Assembly: GCA_013816595.1 (NCBI GenBank)
Contig: JACDEB010000003.1
Span: 351 to 64,350, forward strand
Direction: 5' to 3'
DNA length: 64,000 bases
DNA from: Sphingomonas sp.
GTDB lineage: Bacteria; Pseudomonadota; Alphaproteobacteria; Sphingomonadales; Sphingomonadaceae
Part shown: one piece after another, positions 1 to 9,751 of the stretch
How the letters are laid out: each line of letters starts with the position of its first letter
How positions within the stretch are numbered: the stretch's first letter is position 1
The notes under the pieces: generated by a model
Told to the model about the DNA's origin: nothing
The model's input: the letters and a program-made list of their open reading frames with translations, nothing else
Database searches by the model: none
Position numbers and translations under genes: made by a program

Positions 1-363
1 GAAATCGGTAATCCAGTAGCCGTGATAACCGGCCGATTCCTGGCCTTTGGGACCCTGCACCGGCTTGTTCGTGAACACCGGCGACAGCCAGATCGCGGTC
101 GCCCCTAGACCCTGGATGTAATCGAGGCGCTGGCTTAGCCCGCGAAGGTCGCCGCCGTGATAGAATCCCTTTTCGGTCGGATCGAAGCCGGTCACCAGCC
201 GGTCACCGCTGAGGCCACCGCGATCGTTCGCACTGTCGCCATTTTCGAACCGGTCGGGAAGGAGAAAGTAAATGACTTCGTCCTGCGGCAGGCGCGTACG
301 ATAATCGGCGGTCGGAGTAGCGGCCGGGGCGGCGGCGAGCAAGGCGAGGGCAGCGGCAATCAT
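1..363 (-). CDS. Alpha-amylase family (GH13) glycoside hydrolase, N-terminal part (runs off window)
   Basis: Not in the ORF track. Manual translation from ATG at 363: MIAAALALLAAAPAA...DEVIYFLLPDRFENGD...FYHGGDLRGL..RLDYIQGLGATAIWLSP...GYHGYWITDF, which are classic GH13 N-terminal motifs plus a signal peptide. ATGA overlap with the upstream gene. Confidence 0.93.
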   Translation of the reverse strand, partial: MIAAALALLAAAPAATPTADYRTRLPQDEVIYFLLPDRFENGDSANDRGGLSGDRLVTGFDPTEKGFYHGGDLRGLSQRLDYIQGLGATAIWLSPVFTNKPVQGPKGQESAGYHGYWITDF

Positions 364-1880
364 GCAATCACCTCTTGGCGTGGCATCGGACCGAACTTGG
401 CAATAAACGCGCCATGGTCGGTCATTTGCGAAACATCCTGGACATGCGCGCGCTCGAGCCCGTCGAGAAATTCGCGTAGCCGCGGTTCGGGTAGCAGATC
501 GGCGATCGGATGATAGCTTTCGGACATGATATTCTGGCCGAGCATGACCTGGATCCAGGCCCGCGGATCGAACAATTCGTCGAAGCTTGAATGGAGCCGC
601 GCCGACGACCGGAAGAGGTCTATCTTGTGCTGCAATTCATCGGGCACGCGCATTTGCCGCAGATGATCCCAGAATGGCTCACCCTCGCGCTGATTGGCGT
701 GATAGTGAAGGATCACGAAATCGCGCACGCGGTCCATCTCCCACGCCGCGCGTTCGTTATAATCGTCGCGCATGGCATCGCTGATCTTGCCTTTCGGGAG
801 GAGCTCGATCAACCGGGTAATACCGGTTTGGATGAGGTGGATGCTGGTCGATTCCAACGGCTCGATGAAGCCAGACGACAGGCCGATGGCGACGACATTG
901 CGGATCCAGCATTTGCGCCGGCGTCCGGTGAGAAAGCGGATCGTGCGCGGTTCGGCCATCGTCTCGCCGTCGAGATTGGCGAGCAAAGTCGCGGTCGCTT
1001 CATCCTCGCTGATCACATCCGATTTGAAGACATAGCCATTGCCGATGCGGTGCTGCAGCGGGATCCGCCATTGCCAGCCGCCCTTGTGCGCGATCGAGCG
1101 GGTGAGCGGGATCAATGGGTCGACGCGAGCGCAGGGCACGGCCACCGCACGGTCGCATTGCAACCATTCCGACCAGTCCTCGAAGCCCGATTCCAGTTCC
1201 TGTTCGATCAGCAGCCCGCGAAAGCCCGAGCAGTCGACGAACAGATCGCCAGCGACCCGAGCGCCATTCGCAAGCACAACTGCGGCAATGCCGCCATTCT
1301 CCGCGTTGCGCTCAACCGAGACGATCTTTCCTTCCTGGCGAACGATTCCCAGTTTTTCGGCGAAACCGCGCAAATATTTGGCGTACAGGCCCGCGTCGAA
1401 ATGGAAGGCGTAGGGCATTGGCGGCAACGGGCTTCCAGGCGGGCGCTCAACATGAGCAAAACGGTTGCCGGCGATGGCGATGGTGTGAAGGATGTAATGG
1501 CCCAGCGGCTTGGCGATCCCGAGCGCCCGGCCGCGAAGCCAATAATGGTGGAACGGGACGACGCCAAGCGCGCTGCCGACGAGTCCGAAGGCATGGACAT
1601 AGGCATCGTCGGGACGGCCCCACCCTTCGAACGCGATGCCCAGCTTGTAGGTACCGCCAGTCGCGGCGAGGAATTCCGCTTCATCGATCCCAAGCGAATG
1701 ATTGAACATCTGGATGCTCGGGATCGTCGCTTCACCGACGCCGATGGTTCCGATGTCGTCCGATTCAACCAAGGTTACCGAAGATCCGGGCAGACAGAAA
1801 CGACCGAGCGCGGCAGCGGCCATCCAGCCCGCCGTGCCGCCTCCGACTACGACGATCCGGCGCTGAGGTTCGTCATTCAT
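360..1880 (-). CDS. Tryptophan halogenase family flavoprotein
   Basis: GGGTAG FAD motif, IGVGEATIP, conserved Lys in GTYKLGI, WQWRIP (WxWxIP), FIEPLEST. Confidence 0.93.
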   Translation of the reverse strand: MNDEPQRRIVVVGGGTAGWMAAAALGRFCLPGSSVTLVESDDIGTIGVGEATIPSIQMFNHSLGIDEAEFLAATGGTYKLGIAFEGWGRPDDAYVHAFGLVGSALGVVPFHHYWLRGRALGIAKPLGHYILHTIAIAGNRFAHVERPPGSPLPPMPYAFHFDAGLYAKYLRGFAEKLGIVRQEGKIVSVERNAENGGIAAVVLANGARVAGDLFVDCSGFRGLLIEQELESGFEDWSEWLQCDRAVAVPCARVDPLIPLTRSIAHKGGWQWRIPLQHRIGNGYVFKSDVISEDEATATLLANLDGETMAEPRTIRFLTGRRRKCWIRNVVAIGLSSGFIEPLESTSIHLIQTGITRLIELLPKGKISDAMRDDYNERAAWEMDRVRDFVILHYHANQREGEPFWDHLRQMRVPDELQHKIDLFRSSARLHSSFDELFDPRAWIQVMLGQNIMSESYHPIADLLPEPRLREFLDGLERAHVQDVSQMTDHGAFIAKFGPMPRQEVIA

Positions 1881-1904
1881 GAATTGATCTCACGTCGATC
1901 CGAG

Positions 1905-1924
1905 GGCGGCGCGCAAACGCCGCC
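1905..1924 (-). terminator. Intergenic GC hairpin downstream of the TBDR (terminator or mRNA stabiliser)
   Basis: GGCGGCG-6 nt loop-CGCCGCC between TBDR stop and halogenase start; no clear U-tract. Confidence 0.4.
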
Positions 1925-1938
1925 GCGGACTTTTCAAA

Positions 1939-4938
1939 TCAGCGCCCTCGTTCGCCCGAAGTCACCGGCGGCGGAGGTGGCGGCGGCGCTGCGCACACGG
2001 CACCGGCGTCGATCACCGAACCATCGGCGCAAGTCTGCATTGGCGGCGGTGGCGGCGGCGGCGGCGGCAAGATCACTGGCGGCGGCGGTGGCGGCGGCGG
2101 CGCCGACTGACCGAATTTGTAGTTCGCGCCGATCATGAAGCGACGGCCGAAGCGCTGATAATCGATCACCCGAAGGTCGCTCTGCGGATCCCTGGTCACG
2201 AACGGCTCGTTGGTCAGGTTGAGGCCCTGGAGGTAGAGCGACAGTCCCCGCAACCGCGAATTGGCCTGGAATTCGTAGCCCACCTGCCCATCGATGATCG
2301 TTTCAGGATCGGCGCGGCGGAACACGCGGTTGGCCGCGAAGCCAGATACTTCGCCGCGGAAGCTCGACCGGTAGCGAACGCTGGCGCGCGCCGAGAAGCC
2401 ATATTTCTCGAAATAAGCGGTGCCGTTGGCGACCCACTTCGAATAGCCCGGAAGGTCGCCCGCCGGAGCGCCCGGATAGATCGGGATCTTCGACTTGGTG
2501 TAGCTGACGCCGCCGGTCAGGCCGAAGCCGTCGAGCGCGCGGACGAATTCGCCCACCGGCAAGGTCGTGGCGAGCTCGATGCCGTACATCTTGCCGCCCT
2601 TGATGTTGTAAGGCTGGTAGATGACACCGTTGGTGATGCCGTCAGGCGGCAAATAATTGGGCGCGGTCGGATCGGTCGTCTGGACGCCGGCCGGAAGCGG
2701 GAAGCCGGTATAGTCAAACGGCGACGGCGAGAGATTCTGTTCGACCACGAAAGTGTCGAAATATTTGTAGAATAGCTGCGCCGAAACATAGCCCTTGATG
2801 CCGAAATACTTTTCGAAGCTCAAATCGGCAGCGTTGGCGCGGAACGGGCGCAGCTGCGGATTGCCGCTGCCGCCGCTGAGCACCGGCCCGGGCGCGCAGC
2901 CCTGACGGCACAGGCCGTAGCTGAGGCCAAGGCGCATCGAATCGAGGCGCGGGCGCATGACTTCACGCGCTAGGCCTACGCGGATCACCCAGTCGGAAGG
3001 CCACCTCGCAGCAAGGTTGAGGCTGGGCATCACGTCCCAATATTTGGCACCGTCGCTGATCGGCGAGATGGTGCCGTTCTGGGCGAAATAGCCATTGGTT
3101 TTCTGGTTGGTGTGAACCGCCTGGACACCGACGTTGCCGGTTAGGGCCGCAGCGCCGAGGTGCGAGTTTATGTCGACCTTGGCGTAAAGCGAGCCGAGCT
3201 TTTCGTGGACGTCATAAGCCTTAGCGCGAACGTCGAGATTGTCGTTGTTCGAGGCCAGTGTGTAGATGCCAGCGGCAAGCAGGTCGCGCGGGTCGTAGGC
3301 CAAGCTTCCGCCAAAGCCGAGATAGCCAAGGTCGGCCGATCCCAAATTATATTGGTCGGGAAGCACCAGCTGGCGCAGCGTCGGGTCCGTGAACTGGACG
3401 AAATATTCGTCCGGAGTGAGCGATTTCGCGTGGTTGGTGTAGTTGCCACCAAAGGTCACGCGCGACAGGAACGAGCTCTCGAGTTCCTTCGAAATCTCGG
3501 GATGGAACTGCCAGATGCGATCCTTGACGATGCGATTGTTGTAATAGCCCGGACGGATCGCGCCGTTGGGGGCAACGCCGCCCCAGCCCCGCGGATCGGT
3601 AATGAAGATCTGATTGGGATCCGAATAATCGATCAGGTGCGTGAAGGTGGTGCCCTTGTCGGTCGTATTGAACCCGAGTGTGTCGGCAGGCCCGGAGAAA
3701 TTATAGCCGGTACCGGCGTAGGTCTCGAACACCAGTTCGTTGCGGTCGGTCTTCGAATAACTGAGATCGAGGAAACCGTGCCAGCCGTTGGGGCCGTCGT
3801 AGCGGTTGTTCCAGCCGAACGAGTAAAGCTTCGAATGGCGCGGCTGGGCGACGTTGCGGACGACGTTGTAAACGTTGGTGAACGTGCCCGAGGTAATTAC
3901 GCCGTCGTTCGCGGTGTAGCCCGGCTGAAGCGTCGCGCCGCCCCACTGCAGCGGAATTTCGATGCCGCGCTTGATCTGATCGTCTTTAAAGTTCGAATAG
4001 AAACCGTCGACGGTCGAGGTGATCGTGTCGATCGGCTTGAATTCGACCGTCCCGGCGAGGCCGAGGCGCTTCAATTCGGTCGATGTCGCATAAGGCTTGG
4101 CGCCGCCCAGGACGACATTGCCGCCCGGACCATCGGCGTAGCCCCAAGCGTTATATTCCTTGATCTCGTAGGGCTCGTCGGTCCAGCTGGCGGCGGCGGA
4201 GACACCCAGCCGGCCATCCATGAACTGATCGACGAACACGCCGTTGAGGCGATAGCCGTATTTCTTGGCATCGGGATTAAGCTTGCCCAGATCGGGATAG
4301 ACCGCGCGCGCGCCGATCGAAATGATGCGCTTGCCATATTCCAGCGGACGGATGGTGCGCAGGTCAACGGTGCCGGCAATGCCCTGGCCGATGATCGACG
4401 CCATCGGCGTTTTGTAGACGTTGACCTGGTTGATAATTTCCGACGGATATTGGTCGAATTCGACGGCGCGGTTGTCGCCGGTCGAGGTCTGTTCGCGGCC
4501 GTTGAGCAAGGTGGTCGAATAATCCGGGCCGAAACCGCGGATAGAGATGACATCGGCGCGCCCGGACAGTCGCTGCGAAGTCAAACCCGGAAGACGCGCG
4601 ATCGCTTCGCCGATCGACGAGTCGGGCAATTTGCCAATGTCTTCGGCGCTGACCGATTCGACGATCTGGTCGGATTTCTTTTTCTTGTTCACCGCATTCT
4701 GGAGCGACGCGCGGAAACCGGTGATCACGATTCCCGTCTTATCGTCGACGGTAGGAGTCGGAGAACCCGAGGCGTCGTCTGGGACCGCGGCTTCGGGTGC
4801 CGATTCCACGACCGGCGCGTCGGCCGGCGGAGGCGGAACGTCCTGGGCCCAGGCCGGACTTGCGGCGACAAGCATTGCGGCAATCGCGAAATGGCTCGAC
4901 GCAGTCCCGAGTCGCGAGCGTATAGAAACGTTGGTCAT
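1939..4938 (-). CDS. TonB-dependent receptor (sugar/maltodextrin type) with Pro-rich C-terminal extension
   Basis: Start at ATG 4938 (MTNVSIRS) after GAGGGG RBS; signal peptide AWA-Q; TonB box IVITGFRASL; plug SAEDIGKLPD..IARLPG; barrel end GRRFMIGANYKF. Confidence 0.93.
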   Translation of the reverse strand: MTNVSIRSRLGTASSHFAIAAMLVAASPAWAQDVPPPPADAPVVESAPEAAVPDDASGSPTPTVDDKTGIVITGFRASLQNAVNKKKKSDQIVESVSAEDIGKLPDSSIGEAIARLPGLTSQRLSGRADVISIRGFGPDYSTTLLNGREQTSTGDNRAVEFDQYPSEIINQVNVYKTPMASIIGQGIAGTVDLRTIRPLEYGKRIISIGARAVYPDLGKLNPDAKKYGYRLNGVFVDQFMDGRLGVSAAASWTDEPYEIKEYNAWGYADGPGGNVVLGGAKPYATSTELKRLGLAGTVEFKPIDTITSTVDGFYSNFKDDQIKRGIEIPLQWGGATLQPGYTANDGVITSGTFTNVYNVVRNVAQPRHSKLYSFGWNNRYDGPNGWHGFLDLSYSKTDRNELVFETYAGTGYNFSGPADTLGFNTTDKGTTFTHLIDYSDPNQIFITDPRGWGGVAPNGAIRPGYYNNRIVKDRIWQFHPEISKELESSFLSRVTFGGNYTNHAKSLTPDEYFVQFTDPTLRQLVLPDQYNLGSADLGYLGFGGSLAYDPRDLLAAGIYTLASNNDNLDVRAKAYDVHEKLGSLYAKVDINSHLGAAALTGNVGVQAVHTNQKTNGYFAQNGTISPISDGAKYWDVMPSLNLAARWPSDWVIRVGLAREVMRPRLDSMRLGLSYGLCRQGCAPGPVLSGGSGNPQLRPFRANAADLSFEKYFGIKGYVSAQLFYKYFDTFVVEQNLSPSPFDYTGFPLPAGVQTTDPTAPNYLPPDGITNGVIYQPYNIKGGKMYGIELATTLPVGEFVRALDGFGLTGGVSYTKSKIPIYPGAPAGDLPGYSKWVANGTAYFEKYGFSARASVRYRSSFRGEVSGFAANRVFRRADPETIIDGQVGYEFQANSRLRGLSLYLQGLNLTNEPFVTRDPQSDLRVIDYQRFGRRFMIGANYKFGQSAPPPPPPPPVILPPPPPPPPPMQTCADGSVIDAGAVCAAPPPPPPPVTSGERGR

Positions 4939-4976
4939 AGTCGACTTCCCCCTCGAACCGGCGGTCACCGGTAGGC

Positions 4977-5076
4977 ATGAATATTCATCGGGGGCGCAAA
5001 ACCCCTCTCCCAATTGCAAGAATATCAGAGGATTGCGGGAGGGATATTGCTTAGTTCCGCTATACATACGTATTCA
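4977..5076. promoter_or_regulatory. Divergent TBDR/LacI promoter with palindromic operator candidates
   Basis: Perfect 12-bp palindrome ATGAATATTCAT (4977-4988) and CG-centred LacI-type ATACGTAT (5066-5073). Confidence 0.55.
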
Positions 5077-5088
5077 GGCGCGTAGAAC

Positions 5089-6114
5089 ATGCGTTTCATG
5101 CAGCGACGACCAACTTCGTTCGACATTGCCGCGCTTGCGGGCGTGTCGCAGCCAACGGTATCGCGCGCGTTGAGCGGCAATTCCTCGGTCAGCGAAGCGA
5201 CCCGCGCAAAGGTCTTCGCCGCCGCTCGGGAGCTGCATTACAAGGTCAATAAAAATGCTTCCGGATTGCGGCTCCAGCAGTCGCGGACCCTGGCTATATT
5301 ATTCTTCGACGAGCAGTCGCCCGACGGCGCGGTCATCAACCCATTTTATCTGTCGCTGCTGGGCCCGATGGTCCGGCGGTGCGCCGAATTTGGCTACGAT
5401 TTGTTGATCTCGTTCCAGCAGCTGTCGTCGGACTGGCACGTCGATTATGAAGACAGCAGCAAGGCCGACGGGATTATCCTGCTCGGTTATGGCGATTATC
5501 TGCAATACCGGCCGCGGCTCGAAAAACTGATCGAACTTGGCACCCATTTCGTTCGCTGGGGTTCGGGCGGCGAGGGCCAAATTGGAACCACGATTTCCTG
5601 CGATAATGAGCAGGGCGGGTTCGATGCGGCCGCCCATTTGCTTGATCGCGGGCGGCGCAAGATCGCCTTCATTGGTTCGGCCGAAGCCGGCTATCCCGAG
5701 GTGCAGGAGCGGTGGCGCGGCTATTGCAGGGCATTGCGCGCGGCCGGTATCGAGCCCGAGGAGCAGCTTCGCGCCGATGCCGCTCCGAGCGAAGCGGAGG
5801 GCCGCGCCGCGCTTGAGATATTGCTTGAGCGCGGTGCCGAGTTCGACGCCATCTTCGCCGCCAGCGACGTCGCTGCAATCGGTGCGATGCATGCGCTCCA
5901 GCAGGTCGGTCGAGGCGTTCCGGAAATCGCCATCGTCGGCTTCGACGATATTCCAGCCGCAAGCCTTTCGAGCCCGCCGCTGACCACTGTGACCCAGGAT
6001 ACGCGGATCATTGCCGATGCTCTGATTGACACGTTGATCGAAGCGATTGAAGTCGGCGAGGCCAACGACCGCTTGCTGCCCGTGCGTCTCACCGTCCGCG
6101 AATCCAGTGGCTGA
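5089..6114 (+). CDS. LacI family transcriptional regulator
   Basis: HTH TSFDIAALAGVSQPTVSRAL, hinge NKNASGL, C-terminal IVGFDD..PPLTTV; start could be 5098. Confidence 0.95.
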   Translation: MRFMQRRPTSFDIAALAGVSQPTVSRALSGNSSVSEATRAKVFAAARELHYKVNKNASGLRLQQSRTLAILFFDEQSPDGAVINPFYLSLLGPMVRRCAEFGYDLLISFQQLSSDWHVDYEDSSKADGIILLGYGDYLQYRPRLEKLIELGTHFVRWGSGGEGQIGTTISCDNEQGGFDAAAHLLDRGRRKIAFIGSAEAGYPEVQERWRGYCRALRAAGIEPEEQLRADAAPSEAEGRAALEILLERGAEFDAIFAASDVAAIGAMHALQQVGRGVPEIAIVGFDDIPAASLSSPPLTTVTQDTRIIADALIDTLIEAIEVGEANDRLLPVRLTVRESSG

Positions 6115-8608
6115 CGCCGAGGCGAAGGGTTCGCTTACTCGTCGCGAGATGATCGGCGTTAGCTCGGCGGCGCTCACTGCTGCTGCTGCGCTGGGTGCGT
6201 CGCGGCCGGTCGCAGCAGCGCCAGCGCCGGGCGGCCGATCGATCGAACGCCTGGCAATTTGGCGTTTCCATCTCGGCCATGCCGCTGAAGTTGAAAAGGA
6301 CTTTGGCTTCGGCCGCAATCAGCGCACCTTTGCCAAGGGTGGCGCGGCGACCGCCGACGCGGCGATGGCCGATTTCGACGATCGCGGCTGGGCTGAAATT
6401 CAGGTGCCGCACGACTGGGCGGTGGCGTTGCCGTTCGCGCCGCCCAAACTGCCCCAGACCAAGGACAGAGAAGATGCCGGCGCGGCCCATGGCTATAAGG
6501 CGATCGGACGCGACTATCCGGCCAATTCGATCGGTTGGTATCGAACCCAAATCGCGGTTACCGCAGCGGACCAGGGCCGCCGCGTGTGGCTCGAATTCGA
6601 TGGGGTGTTCCGCGACGCGCTGATCTTCGTCAACGGCTATATCGTCGCCCGCAACCAGAGCGGCTATGCGCCGTTCCGCGTCGAGATCGACGATTTCCTC
6701 AATTATGACGGCAAGCCCAATGTCATCGCAGTGCGCGCCGACGCCTCGCTCGGCGAAGGCTGGTTCTACGAAGGCGCAGGAATCTACCGCCACGTCGATC
6801 TCGTCCGCGCCGACCCGCTGCACATTCCGCAATGGGGAACGGTCGTGCGCAGCACGGTCGGGCCGGATGGCGCGCAACTGGCTGTCGCTACGGAGGTCTT
6901 CAACAGTGGCAATGGGCCCGTTTCGGGAACGCTGCGCCAAAGCGTTTCCGCCGCCGGACGTGAAATCCTCGCCCTGCCCCCGTTGACGTTCCTGCTGGCG
7001 GCTGGGGAACGCACGACGCTGAGCCAGGAGTCGGTGCTGCGAACCCCGATGCTGTGGTCGATCGAGACCCCGCACCTCTATCGTCTGCAGTCTCAAGTCG
7101 ACGCCGGCGGCCGCACCGTTGACGCCACCGACACGCAGTTCGGGATTCGCACAATCAAGTTCGACGCCGAGCGCGGATTTTTCCTCAACGGCAAACCGAC
7201 CAAGCTGCTCGGCACCTGCAACCACCACGATCACGCCGGGGTCGGCACCGGCATTCCCGACGCGCTCCATCGGTGGCGAGTCGAGCAAACCCAGGCGATG
7301 GGCGCCAATGCCTGGCGCAGCGCGCATAACCCGCCGGCATCTGCCTTGCTCGACGCGTGCGACGCGCTTGGAATGTTGATGATCGTCGAGCAGCGGATCA
7401 ATTCGACCGACGACGATGCAGCGGCGCAGCTCGACCGGATCGTTCGCCGCGATTGCAACCATCCAAGCGTGATTCTCTGGTCGCTCGGCAATGAGGAGCC
7501 GCATCAGTCGAGCGCGCGCGGCGGGCGCATCAATGCCGAGATGCAGGCCCATGTCAGGCGTCTCGACCCGACCCGCCCGACGACCTTCGCGATGGATAAC
7601 AATTGGGACACCGGCGTCGGCCGGGTGGTCGATGTGCTCGGCTTCAATTATCGAATCGACAAGATGGAAGCCTATCACGGGCGCCATCCCGATCAGCCGA
7701 TCTACGGCTCGGAAACCGGCAGCACCGTCGCCACGCGCGGCGAATATGCCAATGACGAAGCGAAGCATTTTCTGCGCGCTTACGACACCGAACATCCGTG
7801 GTGGTCGTCGACCGCCGAGGAATGGTGGACGATCGTCGCCGACCGCCCCTATCTCGCCGGCGGGTTCGTGTGGACCGGGTTCGACTATCGCGGCGAGCCG
7901 ACGCCTTATGCCGCGTTCCCGAGCGTTTTGAGCCAGTTCGGGATTCTCGACACCTGCGGCTTTCCCAAGGATGATTATTATTATTATCGCGCCTGGTGGC
8001 GGCCCGACCGGCCGCTGGTCCATTTGCTACCGCATTGGACCTGGCCGGGCCGGGAAGGACAAGCGATTGAAGTGTGGGCGCACGGCAATGCCGAGGAGAT
8101 TGAGCTCAAGCTCAATGGCCGCCCGCTCGGCCGCAAGTCGATGCCGCGCAACCGTCACCTCGAATGGCGCGTGCCCTATGCCCCGGGGCGGATCGAAGCG
8201 ATTGGCTTTAATAACGGGCGGATTGTCGCGCAGGATGTGCGCGAAACCGCAGGTCCGGCGCGCGCTGTCCAGCTCAGCGCCGACCGCCGCACGGCGCGCG
8301 CTGATGGCAGCGACGTGATCACCCTCAACGCGGCGGTGGTCGATGCGCGCGGGCGCCCGGTGCCCAATGCCGACAATCTGCTGCGCTTCGCCGCCAGCGG
8401 CGGGACGATTATCGGCGTCGGCAATGGCAGCCCGGTCAGCCTCGAACCCGACGTCGCGAGCCAGCGCCGTGCCTTCAACGGCCTCGTCCAGGCGATTTTG
8501 CGCGTCGGAAAGATGCCCGGCCCGATCGCCGCATCGGTCGCTTCCGACGGCCTGAGCGGGTCAATCGTGCGGCTTGCAGCTTTGCCGGTAACGGGAGATC
8601 GACGGTGA
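6107..8608 (+). CDS. GH2 beta-galactosidase with Tat signal
   Basis: TRREMIG twin-Arg signal, GWFYEGAGIYR, NHPSVILWSLGNEE (acid/base), GGFVWTGFDYRGEP; GTG start overlaps the lacI end. Confidence 0.92.
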   Translation: MADAEAKGSLTRREMIGVSSAALTAAAALGASRPVAAAPAPGGRSIERLAIWRFHLGHAAEVEKDFGFGRNQRTFAKGGAATADAAMADFDDRGWAEIQVPHDWAVALPFAPPKLPQTKDREDAGAAHGYKAIGRDYPANSIGWYRTQIAVTAADQGRRVWLEFDGVFRDALIFVNGYIVARNQSGYAPFRVEIDDFLNYDGKPNVIAVRADASLGEGWFYEGAGIYRHVDLVRADPLHIPQWGTVVRSTVGPDGAQLAVATEVFNSGNGPVSGTLRQSVSAAGREILALPPLTFLLAAGERTTLSQESVLRTPMLWSIETPHLYRLQSQVDAGGRTVDATDTQFGIRTIKFDAERGFFLNGKPTKLLGTCNHHDHAGVGTGIPDALHRWRVEQTQAMGANAWRSAHNPPASALLDACDALGMLMIVEQRINSTDDDAAAQLDRIVRRDCNHPSVILWSLGNEEPHQSSARGGRINAEMQAHVRRLDPTRPTTFAMDNNWDTGVGRVVDVLGFNYRIDKMEAYHGRHPDQPIYGSETGSTVATRGEYANDEAKHFLRAYDTEHPWWSSTAEEWWTIVADRPYLAGGFVWTGFDYRGEPTPYAAFPSVLSQFGILDTCGFPKDDYYYYRAWWRPDRPLVHLLPHWTWPGREGQAIEVWAHGNAEEIELKLNGRPLGRKSMPRNRHLEWRVPYAPGRIEAIGFNNGRIVAQDVRETAGPARAVQLSADRRTARADGSDVITLNAAVVDARGRPVPNADNLLRFAASGGTIIGVGNGSPVSLEPDVASQRRAFNGLVQAILRVGKMPGPIAASVASDGLSGSIVRLAALPVTGDRR

Positions 8609-9750
8609 AATTCAAAGCGCTTGCACCACTGTTGGCTGCCGTCGGGACGATGGCCCCGGCGGGCCGGCCGGTGCCGCCGCCGCCCGGCGGGCTCTATCTC
8701 GGTGCCGATCTGTCCTACGTCAACGAGATGGAGGATTGCGGCGCGATCTATCGCAGCGGCGGGCAGCCGGTCGATCCGTTCGCCTTGATGAAGCGCGAGG
8801 GCGGCAACATCGTTCGAGTGCGCCTCTGGAACGACGCCAAGTGGACGAAATACAGCAATTATCCCGATGTGCTGAAAAGCATTCGCCGCGCGCATGCAGC
8901 GGGCATGCAGGTGCTGCTCGACTTTCATTATTCGGATGATTGGGCCGATGGCGGCAAGCAGATCACCCCCGCTGCCTGGATCAAGCTGGGCACTGCGGCA
9001 CAGGCCAAAGCGCTGCGCGATTACACCCGCGACATCCTCCGCCGGCTCGACCGCGACGGCGCGATGCCCGAGATGGTCCAGGTCGGCAATGAGACCAATC
9101 CCGAGCTGCTCGGCGGCAAGGAGACCGTACCGATCAACTGGACGCGCAATGCCAAATTGCTCAACGCCGGCATCAGCGCGATCCGTGAGGCCGGTCGGCG
9201 CGGGTCGATCGCACCGCGCATCATGCTCCACATCGCCCAGCCGGAGCATGTCCTGCCGTGGTTCGACGCGGCGGCCAAGGCTGGGGTCGAAGGCTATGAT
9301 CTGATCGGGATCAGTTATTACGGCAAATGGTCGAAATGGTCGCTGGCCCAGCTCAAGGAGACCATCGCCGCCGCCAAGGCGCGTTACGGCAAGGACGTGA
9401 TCCTGGTTGAAACCGGCTACCCGTTCACGCTCGAAGGCGCGGACACCGCGACCAATTTGCTCGGCACCGACGCGCTTGTCGCCGGCTATCCCGCGACGCC
9501 CGAGGGCCAGCGCAAGTTCATGGTCGACGTCACCCAATTGACCGTCGACGCCGGCGGCATCGGGGTCGTCTATTGGGAGCCTTATTGGGTCTCAACTCGC
9601 TGCGGGACGCGCTGGGGCAAGGGCTCGGACTGGGAGAATTCAACCTGGTTCGATTATCCGAAAACCGAAGCGCTGCCGGTGTTCGAATGGCTCCACCACC
9701 CGTACGACCGCCCGTCGCCCGCGCCGCGCAAAGGCGAGCGCGGGCGCTAG
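8605..9750 (+). CDS. GH53 endo-1,4-beta-galactanase
   Basis: GADLSY, VRVRLW, LLDFHYSDDWAD, VQVGNE, VETGYP, YWEP motifs. Confidence 0.93.
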   Translation: MKFKALAPLLAAVGTMAPAGRPVPPPPGGLYLGADLSYVNEMEDCGAIYRSGGQPVDPFALMKREGGNIVRVRLWNDAKWTKYSNYPDVLKSIRRAHAAGMQVLLDFHYSDDWADGGKQITPAAWIKLGTAAQAKALRDYTRDILRRLDRDGAMPEMVQVGNETNPELLGGKETVPINWTRNAKLLNAGISAIREAGRRGSIAPRIMLHIAQPEHVLPWFDAAAKAGVEGYDLIGISYYGKWSKWSLAQLKETIAAAKARYGKDVILVETGYPFTLEGADTATNLLGTDALVAGYPATPEGQRKFMVDVTQLTVDAGGIGVVYWEPYWVSTRCGTRWGKGSDWENSTWFDYPKTEALPVFEWLHHPYDRPSPAPRKGERGR

Positions 9751-9751
9751 C

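Noticed and set aside
1965-2105. GGC-rich microsatellite
   Set aside because: Simply encodes the poly-proline tail of the TBDR
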